A stretch of 64,000 nucleotides of DNA from an uncultured Thermoplasmata archaeon (GCA_964354755.1 CAYHBA010000001.1:320706-384705); one strand, 5' to 3'. Positions 37,601-47,738 are shown, counted from the stretch's first letter. Numbers and translations: made by a program. Notes: generated by a model from the sequence alone, not told the origin.

Positions 37601-39322
37601 TTGGGATTCAAGAACATAAAAGAACGATTGGAGGGCTCTTACAGGCTCATACGCATCAAACGCATCAAGCTGGGATTCTACGCGCTCGAGCTGATTCTGG
37701 GCCTTGTCCTCGGATCAACCATGGCCGCCTTCCTGGGAGCTGAGTTCGAGCCGTTCTATTTCCCTGTTGATATATTCGTGTTCATCATGCTCATCATGCT
37801 GCTCATCATATCGGCGGAGAACATTTACTTCAACGGCCTGGAGCTCAGGTACACCAAGAACAAGAGCAGGAAGTTCCTTCTGGCCAGGAATGCCATCAGG
37901 GGCTCGATGGCCATAATCGCAGTGAGTGGCATATGCGTGCTTTTACTGATGCTCCCCTACAGCCAGGAAAGGATGGCAGAGATGCATATCGCCGACGGCG
38001 CTGGAGACGTTCAGATAAATCAGAGAAACACCAATACGTCATTCCTCTGCCAGGACCAACTCGGCTTCAGCAGGGCAAAGGCGATTCACATAGAGGTCAG
38101 TGATTCCCATAACCATGTTAGCATAGTTCCGAGCAGCCCCACCGGAACAATCATATGGCAGGCTTCGTCCGAAACCACCTATAATTGGGGCGGCCTGAAG
38201 GACCATTCAGGCATGCAGGATTGGGTTTACATCGTTGTAGAGAACCAACAGGCGCCGGCTCCGATAAATTTCAATTACTCGGTCACAAGCGAGGTGTCGC
38301 CTTTCATCAATGTCTATTTCCCGATAATGGGCCTCTTTTTCATAATAGTGCAATGCGCGGCAATTTCGATAACATATCCCATAAGGGAGACATACGCATC
38401 CTCTTCGATATACAGCAAGAGATATGTCCCGGAGAAAGACACCGGGGAGTACTCGGTCTCGGAAATCAAGCTCTCGAGGAAGGAGAAGGAGGAGGATGAG
38501 GCGCTCTTCGAGAAGACCATCGAGTTTGCGCCACCGCCTGCGCCGAAGCCGGCACGCCCCATGCCCAAAGCGCGCGAGCTGAAAGAGGAACACGCTGAGA
38601 TGGCTCGGGCCAAGGGAAGGGTGGACGACGGCCTGATAGTGGAGCCGGACATTGAATGCTCCAACTGCGGGGAGATGAACTCAGCGCAATCGGCCTTGTG
38701 CTTCTCATGCGGTACGGCACTCAAGGCCAGGGAAAAGGTCGCCGTAGATCCGGCTGCCTATCTGAGGAAAGGCGAGTCCTTTGCCAACGCAGGCAGGTTC
38801 GAAGACGCCTTAGGCTGCTACGATGAAGCCCTGAAGCACGACAGCATGAACGAGAGAACATTGCTGCGCAAGGGCGAGGCACTGCACAAGCTGGGCAAAT
38901 GGGGCAATGCCATCCAGTACGTCAACACGGCGCTGAAGGTCAACCCGAACAATGTCCAGACACTGGTCCTCAAGGCCAAGATTCTGGAAGAGAGGGACAG
39001 GATGGACAAGTCCATCGAGATATACTCCCAGATACTGACACTGGACCCGGAGAACAAATTCGCGAAAGCCAGGATGGAAAGGCTCGGCAGGAAGTTCAAG
39101 GAGGTCGCCGAGGAAGCGGAGTTAGAGAGCGCGGAGGACGTCCTCGAAGCGTTCATGGAGGTGCCGGGAATAGGCCTGGCCCGCGCGACATCGCTCTACG
39201 AGGCCGGGTACACCAGCTTCGGGACGCTGAAGAAGGCCAGCGAAGAGCAGCTGATGCAGGTCAAGGGCATCAGCAGAGGCGTGGCCAAGAAAATCCGTAA
39301 AGGACTGGACGGATTTCAATAG
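37601..39322 (+). CDS. Membrane protein with zinc ribbon, TPR repeats and C-terminal helix-hairpin-helix
   Basis: TM helices, CSNC..CFSC, TPR pattern, VPGIGLARA and VKGISRGVA. Confidence 0.82.
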   Translation: MGFKNIKERLEGSYRLIRIKRIKLGFYALELILGLVLGSTMAAFLGAEFEPFYFPVDIFVFIMLIMLLIISAENIYFNGLELRYTKNKSRKFLLARNAIRGSMAIIAVSGICVLLLMLPYSQERMAEMHIADGAGDVQINQRNTNTSFLCQDQLGFSRAKAIHIEVSDSHNHVSIVPSSPTGTIIWQASSETTYNWGGLKDHSGMQDWVYIVVENQQAPAPINFNYSVTSEVSPFINVYFPIMGLFFIIVQCAAISITYPIRETYASSSIYSKRYVPEKDTGEYSVSEIKLSRKEKEEDEALFEKTIEFAPPPAPKPARPMPKARELKEEHAEMARAKGRVDDGLIVEPDIECSNCGEMNSAQSALCFSCGTALKAREKVAVDPAAYLRKGESFANAGRFEDALGCYDEALKHDSMNERTLLRKGEALHKLGKWGNAIQYVNTALKVNPNNVQTLVLKAKILEERDRMDKSIEIYSQILTLDPENKFAKARMERLGRKFKEVAEEAELESAEDVLEAFMEVPGIGLARATSLYEAGYTSFGTLKKASEEQLMQVKGISRGVAKKIRKGLDGFQ

Positions 39323-39332
39323 CGTTTGACAA

Positions 39333-39664
39333 GCAGCATGCCCCGCCTGTATCAGCTTATTTTTACGCAAGGGCGGGGTTTCATATTATTGGCTGCATGG
39401 GTGACAAGGCATTTCAGGCATTATATCAGCCGGTTTGGAAAGCCTCGCCTGAATACAAGCGTTTGGGAGCAGGAGGGCGGGGATGTCGGGTACTCGCCTG
39501 GCTTGTGCTTGCCAGGCGAAACACATTTCATGGCTCTGGCACTGGAGCGTTTTTCTCTAGCTTCTGACGAAGTTTGAGAGAGACGATTCCGTGCGAACCA
39601 TGCTAGAGATGAGAATATGGATCCCCGCCCTAGAAAATGCGACCAACTGATCAGGCGGGGCTTC
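39333..39664. repeat. Structured intergenic repeat (family A, copy 2) with three palindromic units
   Basis: Collinear with 55675-55914; the core 39488-39521 is 31/34 identical to 55794-55827. Confidence 0.85.
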
Positions 39665-39762
39665 GAGGGATTCTGTGCACGCTGTGAAAAGCGCACTCAG
39701 GATGCCACCACATCGAAAACCCCGGGCTTACACCCGGGGCATGCTGGTGAGATAAGCCTTGT

Positions 39763-40602
39763 TCATAGGTCGCCATGGCGGATGCCGTAGAACGCGCAGC
39801 ATCCGCCATGCTCTTCCAGCTTAATTCCCAGGGCCTGCAATCCCCGAACCAGATTCTTGGAAGGCATCGCCACCGCAGCGATGCCCAGCTCCTTCACCAG
39901 CTCCGGGGGGAGAATATCACCCCTCGGCCTCATGCATCCGATACCCAAGGCGGTCTCCCGGGGAAGGATTTCCCTGGCCATCTTCAGGACCTCAACCAGT
40001 CTCTTTCCGGCCAGGGCATCGTTTTCTCCAATCAAGGCGTTTATCACGACAAAGGGGATTTCATGCCTGGCTATGATCTCCAAAGCTTGTTTCTCCCCTG
40101 AATCCCCGCCCCTGTCCAAGCCGGCCGTGATATGGGGCACTACCCTCAGGCCAGTCTGTTTAAAAGTGTCTAGGGCTTTGCCGAAGTATCCGGGCTCCAG
40201 CTCAATCCCGTAAATCCTCTTCACGACCTCAGGGGAGCCGATGATGTCGAATGACACGATGTCGATGCCCTTTCCCCGGAGCTTGGGGATATTGTCCAGA
40301 TGTATGAAGCCCGTATGTATATTTATCGATATATCTATATTTTCTTTTATATTTCTAATAATATCTAAATATTCGAATACAGGAACCTGGCCGGTCGCAT
40401 CGCAGCCCCCGCTTATGAGCATCCCTTTCGCTCCATCCGTTGCGGCTTTTGCCGCAACGGAATGCAGTTGGACCGGGGTGATGGCCGGAGCCATGTGCTT
40501 CAGGTAGCGTGCCCGGCAGTGGGGGCATTGGAGCTGGCAGCGGGGGCCGGTCAAAGAGATTTGGACGAAGTTCTGCGAGGGATTGTAGATTGCGACCATC
40601 AC
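39763..40602 (-). CDS. lipS1: Radical SAM protein, LipS1-type lipoyl synthase subunit
   Basis: CxxxCxxC (CQLQCPHC) plus the GCMR and C-terminal CC motifs described for Thermococcus kodakarensis LipS1. Confidence 0.72.
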   Translation of the reverse strand: MMVAIYNPSQNFVQISLTGPRCQLQCPHCRARYLKHMAPAITPVQLHSVAAKAATDGAKGMLISGGCDATGQVPVFEYLDIIRNIKENIDISINIHTGFIHLDNIPKLRGKGIDIVSFDIIGSPEVVKRIYGIELEPGYFGKALDTFKQTGLRVVPHITAGLDRGGDSGEKQALEIIARHEIPFVVINALIGENDALAGKRLVEVLKMAREILPRETALGIGCMRPRGDILPPELVKELGIAAVAMPSKNLVRGLQALGIKLEEHGGCCAFYGIRHGDL

Positions 40603-42326
40603 AATACCCGCTTGAACATTCGCTCCAGCTCCGCATTGGTTATCCGGATTATGGTCGGCCTTCCGTGCGCACAGGTGTAGGGATTCTCAAGGCCGTGCAT
40701 CTCCTCGATTAGCAGGGCCATCCTCTCGTGGCTCAGCTTCTCGCCCGCCTTTATCGCGGAATGGCAGGCCACCAGGTGCATTATCTCTTCCAGCTTTTCC
40801 CCGATGGACTTGGCCTTCCCCATTTCTACCAGCTCGCCAACCAGGTCCCTGAGGCCCTGTTCGGTCTCTATGTGGCCGCCTATTGCGGGGACGGCGCGCA
40901 CCAGGTACGTGTCCTTTCCGAAGGGCTCTATCTTGAACCCCAGGCCCTCGATGACAGGGCGGAAATGCTCCACCAGCTGGGCTTCCTTCTTCCCGAGGCT
41001 CAGCAGGATTGGCGCGATCAGGTTCTGGGCTCCTTTCTTCTCGGGGCGGTTCTTCAGCCTGTCCAGCATGACCCTCTCATGGGCAGCGTGCTGGTCTATT
41101 ATCATGAGGTCTGTGCCGCTCTGGGCCAGTATGTATGTGTCAAGGATCTGGCCTATGACCTTCATGCGGGGGAGCATGCGGCTTCCTGCGACCTCTTTCT
41201 GCTCCTCGGCGGCCTGGAACAGTTCTCTCTGTTCCTGCGCCTTGGCAGGAGATGCTTTGGGGGATTTGGCTTCCCGCTTTTCTGCTTCGGTCACAGGGAA
41301 TAACTCCCTCAGGGTCGGGGCAGGTTCCGGTATGTGCCGGGTATTGCCAAGGGCATCGGCGACCGACTTCGAGACCAGGCAGGCCACCGCCTTCTCTTCC
41401 GAGAACTTCACAGTCCTCTTTGTGGGGTGCACGTTCACGTCCAGCTTTGCAGGGTCTATGTCCAGGAAAAGCACTCCGACAGGATGCCGGTTCCTCATCA
41501 GCAGGCCGGCATAACCGTCTTCGACAGCTTCGGAAACGAATGAGCTGGCCACGGGCCTGGAGTTGACAAAGATGTAAAGCCCGTCCCTTGTGGATCTAGT
41601 GACCGCGGGCTTGGCCAAGAATCCCATGGTCCTGATTCCTCCGGATGACGCCTCGAAGGTCACAATTTCTTTGGCCACGCGCCTGCCCATGACATCGGAG
41701 ATGCGGTCGACCAGGCTCGCAGCCCTGGGGAGGTTCAGCACCTCGATGTCCCCGTTGTGTAGCCTGAAGGATATTCCAGCATTGGCCAGGGCCCTTTCAG
41801 TTACAATCTCGATGATATGGCTGACTTCTACCCTATCTGATTTCAGGTACTTCAGCCTGGCCGGGTGCCCGCCGAACAGGTTTTTCACTGCAATGGATGT
41901 GCCCACCGGTTTTCCGACCTGTTTCACTTCCCCAGGCTTTCCTTTTTTAAATGTCAGCGACCATCCGTTTGCCGAACCCGCGGTTCGGCTGGAGATGAAA
42001 ATGTCTGCCACGGCGGCAATGCTGGACAGCGCCTCGCCCCTGAACCCCAAGGTGCCCAGGCTCTCCAAGTCCCGGATGGTGTTTATCTTGCTGGTTGCAT
42101 GCTGCACAAAGGCCAGCTTCAGCTCGTCCCCAGGGATGCCGCAGCCGTCGTCCAAGACCTCTATCAGTTCTTTACCGGCTTCGGAGACCCTCACCCGAAT
42201 GTCAGTCGCTCCCGCGTCCAGGGAGTTCTCGACCAGCTCCTTCACGACACTGGCAGGGCGTTCGATGACCTCGCCTGCGGCTATTTTATTCACCGTCGAT
42301 TCATCGAGTATCCGGATTCGGCTCAT
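40599..42326 (-). CDS. mutL: DNA mismatch repair endonuclease MutL
   Basis: IAAGEVIERP, GFRGEAL, DVNVHP.K, DQHAAHER, ACH and CAHGRP motifs. Confidence 0.97.
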   Translation of the reverse strand: MSRIRILDESTVNKIAAGEVIERPASVVKELVENSLDAGATDIRVRVSEAGKELIEVLDDGCGIPGDELKLAFVQHATSKINTIRDLESLGTLGFRGEALSSIAAVADIFISSRTAGSANGWSLTFKKGKPGEVKQVGKPVGTSIAVKNLFGGHPARLKYLKSDRVEVSHIIEIVTERALANAGISFRLHNGDIEVLNLPRAASLVDRISDVMGRRVAKEIVTFEASSGGIRTMGFLAKPAVTRSTRDGLYIFVNSRPVASSFVSEAVEDGYAGLLMRNRHPVGVLFLDIDPAKLDVNVHPTKRTVKFSEEKAVACLVSKSVADALGNTRHIPEPAPTLRELFPVTEAEKREAKSPKASPAKAQEQRELFQAAEEQKEVAGSRMLPRMKVIGQILDTYILAQSGTDLMIIDQHAAHERVMLDRLKNRPEKKGAQNLIAPILLSLGKKEAQLVEHFRPVIEGLGFKIEPFGKDTYLVRAVPAIGGHIETEQGLRDLVGELVEMGKAKSIGEKLEEIMHLVACHSAIKAGEKLSHERMALLIEEMHGLENPYTCAHGRPTIIRITNAELERMFKRVL

Positions 42327-44932
42327 TTCCCCTCCTCCGTTTTGGATTTCAGCTCATGGAGCTTCTGGAGCGCCTGCATCGGGGTCATGTGGTCCACGTC
42401 CAGCTTGTCAAGCTCCTCTTCGAGCGGGTGCCGTATTTTATCTATGTCCTGGAACATGACGAGCTGCGTGTAGGTCTTGCTCTTCTTCTTCGACTTAGGG
42501 TCGTTCGAGAGGTCCATCACGGTCTGGTCCTCGATGTCCCTGAGCAGCTTCTTGGCCCGCTCCACGACCTCGGGAGGCATGCCGGCAAGCTTCGCCACCT
42601 GTATGCCGTAGCTCCTGTTCGTGCTTCCGGGGATGACCTTTCTCAGGAAGATGATGTCGTCCTTTTCCTCCTTCACGGCGATGTTGCAGTTCACGACTCC
42701 GTCCAGCAGTTCCTCCAGCTCGTTGAGCTGGTGATAGTGGGTGGCGAATATCGTTTTGGCTCCGACCTTCTTGGAATGCACATACTCGGCCACGGCCCAT
42801 GCGATGCTGAGACCGTCGAATGTGGAGGTTCCGCGGCCCAGTTCATCCAAAAGGATGAGGCTGCGCTTTGTGGCATTCCTCAGAATGTCGGAGACCTGGG
42901 TCATCTCGACCATGAAGGTGCTCTGGCCCCTGGACAGGTCGTCGAAAGCGCCTACGCGCGTGAATATCCTGTCGACAAGCCCCAGCCTGGCAGCCCTCGC
43001 CGGCACGAAGCTGCCCATCTGGGCCATGAGGGAGATGAGCGCTATTTGGCGCATGTATGTGGATTTCCCAGCCATGTTGGGGCCGGTGAGGATAATCACC
43101 CTGTTCCGCTTCATGTCCAGCAGCGTATCGTTCGGAATGAAATTCTCGGAGAGAAGGCTCTCTATCACCGGGTGCCTGCCGTCAGTGATGGATATCACAT
43201 CGGATCCCTCCAGCTTCGGCCGGGTATAGTTCTGGAGGACCGCTGTCTCAGCCAGGGATGCCAGGGCATCCAGTTCGCCGAGCGCCTTTGCAGTCGCCTG
43301 GAGCCTTGAGGATTGGGCCGCCACCTTTTCCCTCAGACTGCAGAAAATGTCGTATTCCAGGGCTGTCGAGCGCTCGTTCGCGGAGAGAATCTGCATCTCC
43401 TTTTCCTTCAGTTCGGGAGTCACATACCTGTCTGCATTGGCCAGGGTCTGCTTCTTCGTGTAATCCGCGGGAACCTTATCCGCCTGGCTCTGGGGGATCT
43501 CAATGAAGTAGCCGAACACCCTGTTGTACTTTATCTTGAGCGTCCTGATGCCTGTCCTGGCCCTCTCGGTCTCCTCAAGGCCGGACATCCATTTCCCGCC
43601 TGTGCGCGCCATGCCCCTCAGCTCGTCAAGCCTGGCATCATAGCCCTCCCGTATCATGCCCCCGTCCCGCACGCCGACGGGCGGTTCGTCGGCAATGGCC
43701 TTCCCTATCTCGCCCGTGAGGTCCTGGCAGGGGTCCATGCTTTGCAGGATGCTCCCGAGCAGTTCAGGAACCTTGCCTTCGAGCGTCCTGGTGATGGGCT
43801 CGACAGCGGCGAGCGTCTCCCCGATGGCCGCGACATCCCTGGCATTGGCGCTTCCGTAAATGCTCCGGGCCAGCAGCCTCTCCAGGTCCCTGACGTTCTC
43901 CAGGTATTCGCGGATATCCGATTTCAGTGCCCTGTCGCCGACGAAAAGCCCGACCGAGTCAAGGCGTTGGTCAATGAGTTTGAGGTCCATCAGTGGCTTG
44001 GCCATCCAGTTCTTCAGCGTCCGGCTGCCCATGGGCGTGAGAGTGCGGTCCATGAGCCCGAACAATGTGCCGGTTCTTCCGCCGTCCCGGATGTTGCCGA
44101 AGAGTTCGAGGTTCCGGAGCGTGACTGAATCAAGCATCATGAAGTCTTTTATCTCGTAGAATCGGACGGACTTAATCTGGCCGACGCTGCCCTTCTGCAT
44201 TTCCTCGAGGTATGCTAGCGTCGCGCCTGCAGCCGTTACCGCGGGCGCAGAATCCGCTATTGCGGATATGTCCGCGATATGGCCGCAAAGAGTCTGCCAG
44301 GCATTTTCTTTGGCGAACTGCCCGGGCGTCCCGAGGGTGACGGAGCACCGGAGCTCGCCCTCCATTATCCGCTCCAGCCCCTTCGGACCGATGTCCGGGG
44401 AAACCAGGCATTCAGAGGGAGAGTACCGGGCAATCTCGTTCCTTAGCTGGCGTTCGGCATTCTCTCCTTCCAGATGGGTGACCAGGAACTCTCCGGTCGA
44501 AATGTCGACCGCGGCAAGGCCGTACCCGGATGCGTGGCCGCTCACCGCGACCAGGAAGTTGTTGGCCTTGCCCTGGAGCATCGAATCCTCCATCACGGTT
44601 CCCGGGGAGACAATCCTGATGACGTCGCGCTTCACGATGCCCTTTGCCTTCTTCGGGTCCTCGACCTGCTCGCATATGGCGACCTTGTACCCGGCTTTGA
44701 CCATCTTGTGGAGGTAAGCATCCAGTGCATGGTAGGGTATGCCGGCCAGCGGCATCTTTTCCCCCCTCACCTTGCCCCGGGTGGTGAGCGTGATGTCCAG
44801 GACCTTGGATGTTATCTTGGCGTCGTCCTCGAATGTCTCGTAGAAATCGCCCATCCTGAAGAAAAGTATCGTGCCGGGATACTCCGATTTGATGCGGTAG
44901 TATTGCTTCATCAACGGCGTTTCATCTGGCAG
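42323..44932 (-). CDS. mutS: DNA mismatch repair protein MutS
   Basis: TPLMKQY, FFRMGDFYE, GPNMAGKST, STFMVEM and DELGRGTS motifs. Start uncertain: CTG 44932, TTG 44914 or ATG 44911. Confidence 0.96.
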   Translation of the reverse strand: MPDETPLMKQYYRIKSEYPGTILFFRMGDFYETFEDDAKITSKVLDITLTTRGKVRGEKMPLAGIPYHALDAYLHKMVKAGYKVAICEQVEDPKKAKGIVKRDVIRIVSPGTVMEDSMLQGKANNFLVAVSGHASGYGLAAVDISTGEFLVTHLEGENAERQLRNEIARYSPSECLVSPDIGPKGLERIMEGELRCSVTLGTPGQFAKENAWQTLCGHIADISAIADSAPAVTAAGATLAYLEEMQKGSVGQIKSVRFYEIKDFMMLDSVTLRNLELFGNIRDGGRTGTLFGLMDRTLTPMGSRTLKNWMAKPLMDLKLIDQRLDSVGLFVGDRALKSDIREYLENVRDLERLLARSIYGSANARDVAAIGETLAAVEPITRTLEGKVPELLGSILQSMDPCQDLTGEIGKAIADEPPVGVRDGGMIREGYDARLDELRGMARTGGKWMSGLEETERARTGIRTLKIKYNRVFGYFIEIPQSQADKVPADYTKKQTLANADRYVTPELKEKEMQILSANERSTALEYDIFCSLREKVAAQSSRLQATAKALGELDALASLAETAVLQNYTRPKLEGSDVISITDGRHPVIESLLSENFIPNDTLLDMKRNRVIILTGPNMAGKSTYMRQIALISLMAQMGSFVPARAARLGLVDRIFTRVGAFDDLSRGQSTFMVEMTQVSDILRNATKRSLILLDELGRGTSTFDGLSIAWAVAEYVHSKKVGAKTIFATHYHQLNELEELLDGVVNCNIAVKEEKDDIIFLRKVIPGSTNRSYGIQVAKLAGMPPEVVERAKKLLRDIEDQTVMDLSNDPKSKKKSKTYTQLVMFQDIDKIRHPLEEELDKLDVDHMTPMQALQKLHELKSKTEEGK

Positions 44933-45028
44933 TTCCTCGGCCCCCTGAATACCGGAAATGCAAGCCTAATATTTACATATTGGGGGGATTGGAGAAGGTT
45001 AATATCCCCTTTCGCGGTTTGACCGCGG

Positions 45029-45979
45029 ATGCCTCCGGAACCAGCACCGACCATCGCCTCGAAGAACGTCACCGTCAGCTACGGCCATATCACCGCCCTC
45101 AGGGACTTCTCTGTGAATGTCCCCCCTGGCATAGTCGGCCTGCTGGGCCCCAACGGAGCCGGAAAGAGCACGTTCATAAAGGCCGTCCTCGGGCTTCTTG
45201 TCCCCGACAAGGGCCAGATACGCATCGCTGGCCATGATTCCCAGTCGGAGGGCCTCACCGTCAGAGACATGATCGGCTACATGCCCGAGCACGACTGCCT
45301 CATTGACACGTTCACGGCTGTCGAACTGGTTTCCTACATGGGCCAGATATCAGGGATGAAGAAGAACGACGCAGTGCCCAGATGCCACGAGATGCTGGAC
45401 TTCGTCGGCCTCGGGGAGGAGAGGTACAGACCGATATCCTCCTATTCCACGGGCATGAAGCAGAGGGTGAAGCTTGCCCAGGCCATCGTGCATGACCCCA
45501 AGATTCTGTTCCTGGACGAGCCAACGAATGGCATGGACCCGCAGGGAAGGGAGGACATGCTGAGCCTCATAAAGAAAATCCGGGAATCGGACAAATCCAT
45601 CCTGGTCTCCACACACATCCTGGACGACCTGGAGAAGGTGAGCGACCATGCCATAATAATCGGCGACGGGAGGCTAATCACGCAGGGCGGTATTGAGAAA
45701 TTGCTTGCAGGAAGCGAGAGCCTCAGGGTCGTGAAAGTGAGAGGGGCCAGGGCCAATACGGACAGGTTTATAGTCTCGCTGAAGAAGGCCTTCGAAGTGA
45801 GGTCGATATCGGAGGAAGGGGGTCAGACCTCCGCGGTCATAATCAACATAGGCGACGGGAATCCTGTTTTCAGGCTATGCGGAGAGACAGGGGTCCAGCT
45901 GAGAGCCTATTATCCGGAGAAACCCACTCTCGAGGACTTCTTCATAGGGGCGCTCGGAGGTGATTCGGACGGGAATTGA
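45029..45979 (+). CDS. ABC-2 type exporter ATP-binding protein
   Basis: GPNGAGKS, YSTGMKQR and LDEPT motifs. Confidence 0.92.
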   Translation: MPPEPAPTIASKNVTVSYGHITALRDFSVNVPPGIVGLLGPNGAGKSTFIKAVLGLLVPDKGQIRIAGHDSQSEGLTVRDMIGYMPEHDCLIDTFTAVELVSYMGQISGMKKNDAVPRCHEMLDFVGLGEERYRPISSYSTGMKQRVKLAQAIVHDPKILFLDEPTNGMDPQGREDMLSLIKKIRESDKSILVSTHILDDLEKVSDHAIIIGDGRLITQGGIEKLLAGSESLRVVKVRGARANTDRFIVSLKKAFEVRSISEEGGQTSAVIINIGDGNPVFRLCGETGVQLRAYYPEKPTLEDFFIGALGGDSDGN

Positions 45980-46790
45980 TCCGATTCGGTACAGGCCATG
46001 GACCGGCAAGCGCACGGCCAAGCGAGAGAGGATACTGGTCATTTCGAGGACTCTCTTCATGAAGAAGCTGAAATCCAAATGGGTCATTTTGCTCCTGGTC
46101 CTGGGCTATCTCGGAGTGTGGGCGTTCCCAATCATATTCAACTCGCTGACGGCGCACGAGACTCTTGATGGCGCCACCATGTCGGTTCAGATGGGTGATT
46201 CCTTATTCTTCATATTCACTGTGCTTCTTGTATCGCTGGTCTGCTCGGATGCGATTTCTGAGGACCTGAGAAGCAATTCATTCGTACTATATTTCTCGAG
46301 GGCCATTAAGAAAGAGAGTTATCTGGCAGGGAAGATCGGGGGCATATTCATGACACTGGCGCTGTTCTGCCTCATACCGCCAATCATAATGGCCATAGCC
46401 CTACTCGGGACACAGTCGGGATCGAATTACCTGGGCGGCATCGGTGTGCTTGGCCTTACAGTCGTCTCCGGGCTGGTCGCCACACTGTTCCTGATTCCGT
46501 TCAGCCTGATGATTTCGGCATTGACTGATAGGAAGTCATTCGCCGCTGTCGGCACGTTCATGACTTTCTTCGTCCTCAGCATAATAGGCAGCATATTTTC
46601 GGAATTTGAAGCCAACTGGCAGCTGTTGGACCCGGGCAGCCTCCAGGCCTTCTTCTTCAGCTGGCTTTACGGCGAGGGGTTGCCTTCAGGGATAAACGGG
46701 GGACTGGCTGCGGCCATGCTCTGCGCATTTGCAATTGTGCCGCTGGCAATTGTATATTACAGGGTGCACAGGAAGGGGGTGGGCAAGTGA
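45960..46790 (+). CDS. ABC-2 type permease
   Basis: About six TM helices and a 'YFSRAI....YLAGK' motif; lies between two ATPase genes. Confidence 0.85.
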   Translation: MIRTGIDPIRYRPWTGKRTAKRERILVISRTLFMKKLKSKWVILLLVLGYLGVWAFPIIFNSLTAHETLDGATMSVQMGDSLFFIFTVLLVSLVCSDAISEDLRSNSFVLYFSRAIKKESYLAGKIGGIFMTLALFCLIPPIIMAIALLGTQSGSNYLGGIGVLGLTVVSGLVATLFLIPFSLMISALTDRKSFAAVGTFMTFFVLSIIGSIFSEFEANWQLLDPGSLQAFFFSWLYGEGLPSGINGGLAAAMLCAFAIVPLAIVYYRVHRKGVGK

Positions 46791-47737
46791 CCTCAGTCCA
46801 GGCACTGAAGCCACCTGTGATACAGGCAAACTACCTATGCAAATGGTACGGGGATGTGATAGGCCTCAACAACCTGCATCTCACAGTCCTGGAAGGGATA
46901 ACCGGCCTGGTGGGACCGAACGGCGCCGGCAAGAGCACCTTCTTCAAACTGGTGACAGGCACGATAAAATCCAATGCCGGGGACCTTACCGTGATGAGCA
47001 GAAGGCCCTGGGGTAACACAGAGAATCTGGCGTCCATAGGTTTCTGCCCGGACTACGAGTTCCTGCCCCTGGAGATGACTGGCCGGGAGTACCTCAGATT
47101 CCTCGGTGGCCTCCATGCGATGGAAAAAGGCACACTCGAGAAGAGAATCGCCGAGGTCACGGCAATAGTCGGCATGGCCAAGAACCTGGACAGGAAGATG
47201 GGCGGTTACAGCAAGGGCATGAAGCAGCGATTGAAGATCGCGGGCGCGCTCCTGCACAACCCGAAACTCCTGCTGCTGGACGAGCCGCTCAGCGGGCTGG
47301 ACCCTCTGGCAAGAAGGGACCTCATGGCACTGATAGACAAGCTACACAAGGAATACGGGCACACGGTGATTGTAAGCTCGCATGTGCTCCATGACATAGA
47401 AAGGATGACACATAACATCGTTCTCATCTACAAGGGCAGGGCCGTTGCCTCGGGCCAGATTTCCGAGATAAGGAATTTGATAAGCCAGCATCCGCACAAT
47501 ATATTGATTGAAGGAAAAACCTTGGGGGAACTGGCCAAGGCCCTGATGGACCAGTCCTACACCGTGTCTGTGGGCTTCAACAACAGCCGGAATAGTCTCA
47601 CCGTGATGGTGAGCATTCCCGAGGAATTCTTCGATTCCATGCCCGGGCTCGTCGAGAAAACAGGGGCGAAGATAGAGCGCATGTACAGCCAGGACGACAA
47701 CCTGGAATCTGTCTTCAAGTACATGGTGGGGTGGTAG
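46787..47737 (+). CDS. ABC-2 type exporter ATP-binding protein
   Basis: GPNGAGKS, YSKGMKQR and LDEP motifs. Confidence 0.92.
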   Translation: MTSVQALKPPVIQANYLCKWYGDVIGLNNLHLTVLEGITGLVGPNGAGKSTFFKLVTGTIKSNAGDLTVMSRRPWGNTENLASIGFCPDYEFLPLEMTGREYLRFLGGLHAMEKGTLEKRIAEVTAIVGMAKNLDRKMGGYSKGMKQRLKIAGALLHNPKLLLLDEPLSGLDPLARRDLMALIDKLHKEYGHTVIVSSHVLHDIERMTHNIVLIYKGRAVASGQISEIRNLISQHPHNILIEGKTLGELAKALMDQSYTVSVGFNNSRNSLTVMVSIPEEFFDSMPGLVEKTGAKIERMYSQDDNLESVFKYMVGW

Positions 47738-47738
47738 G

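Noticed and set aside
39515..39590. Possible hammerhead ribozyme (CGAAAC and CTGACGA nearby)
   Set aside because: CTGACGA lies in a hairpin tip that is not conserved in copy 3, and I could not build the three required stems.
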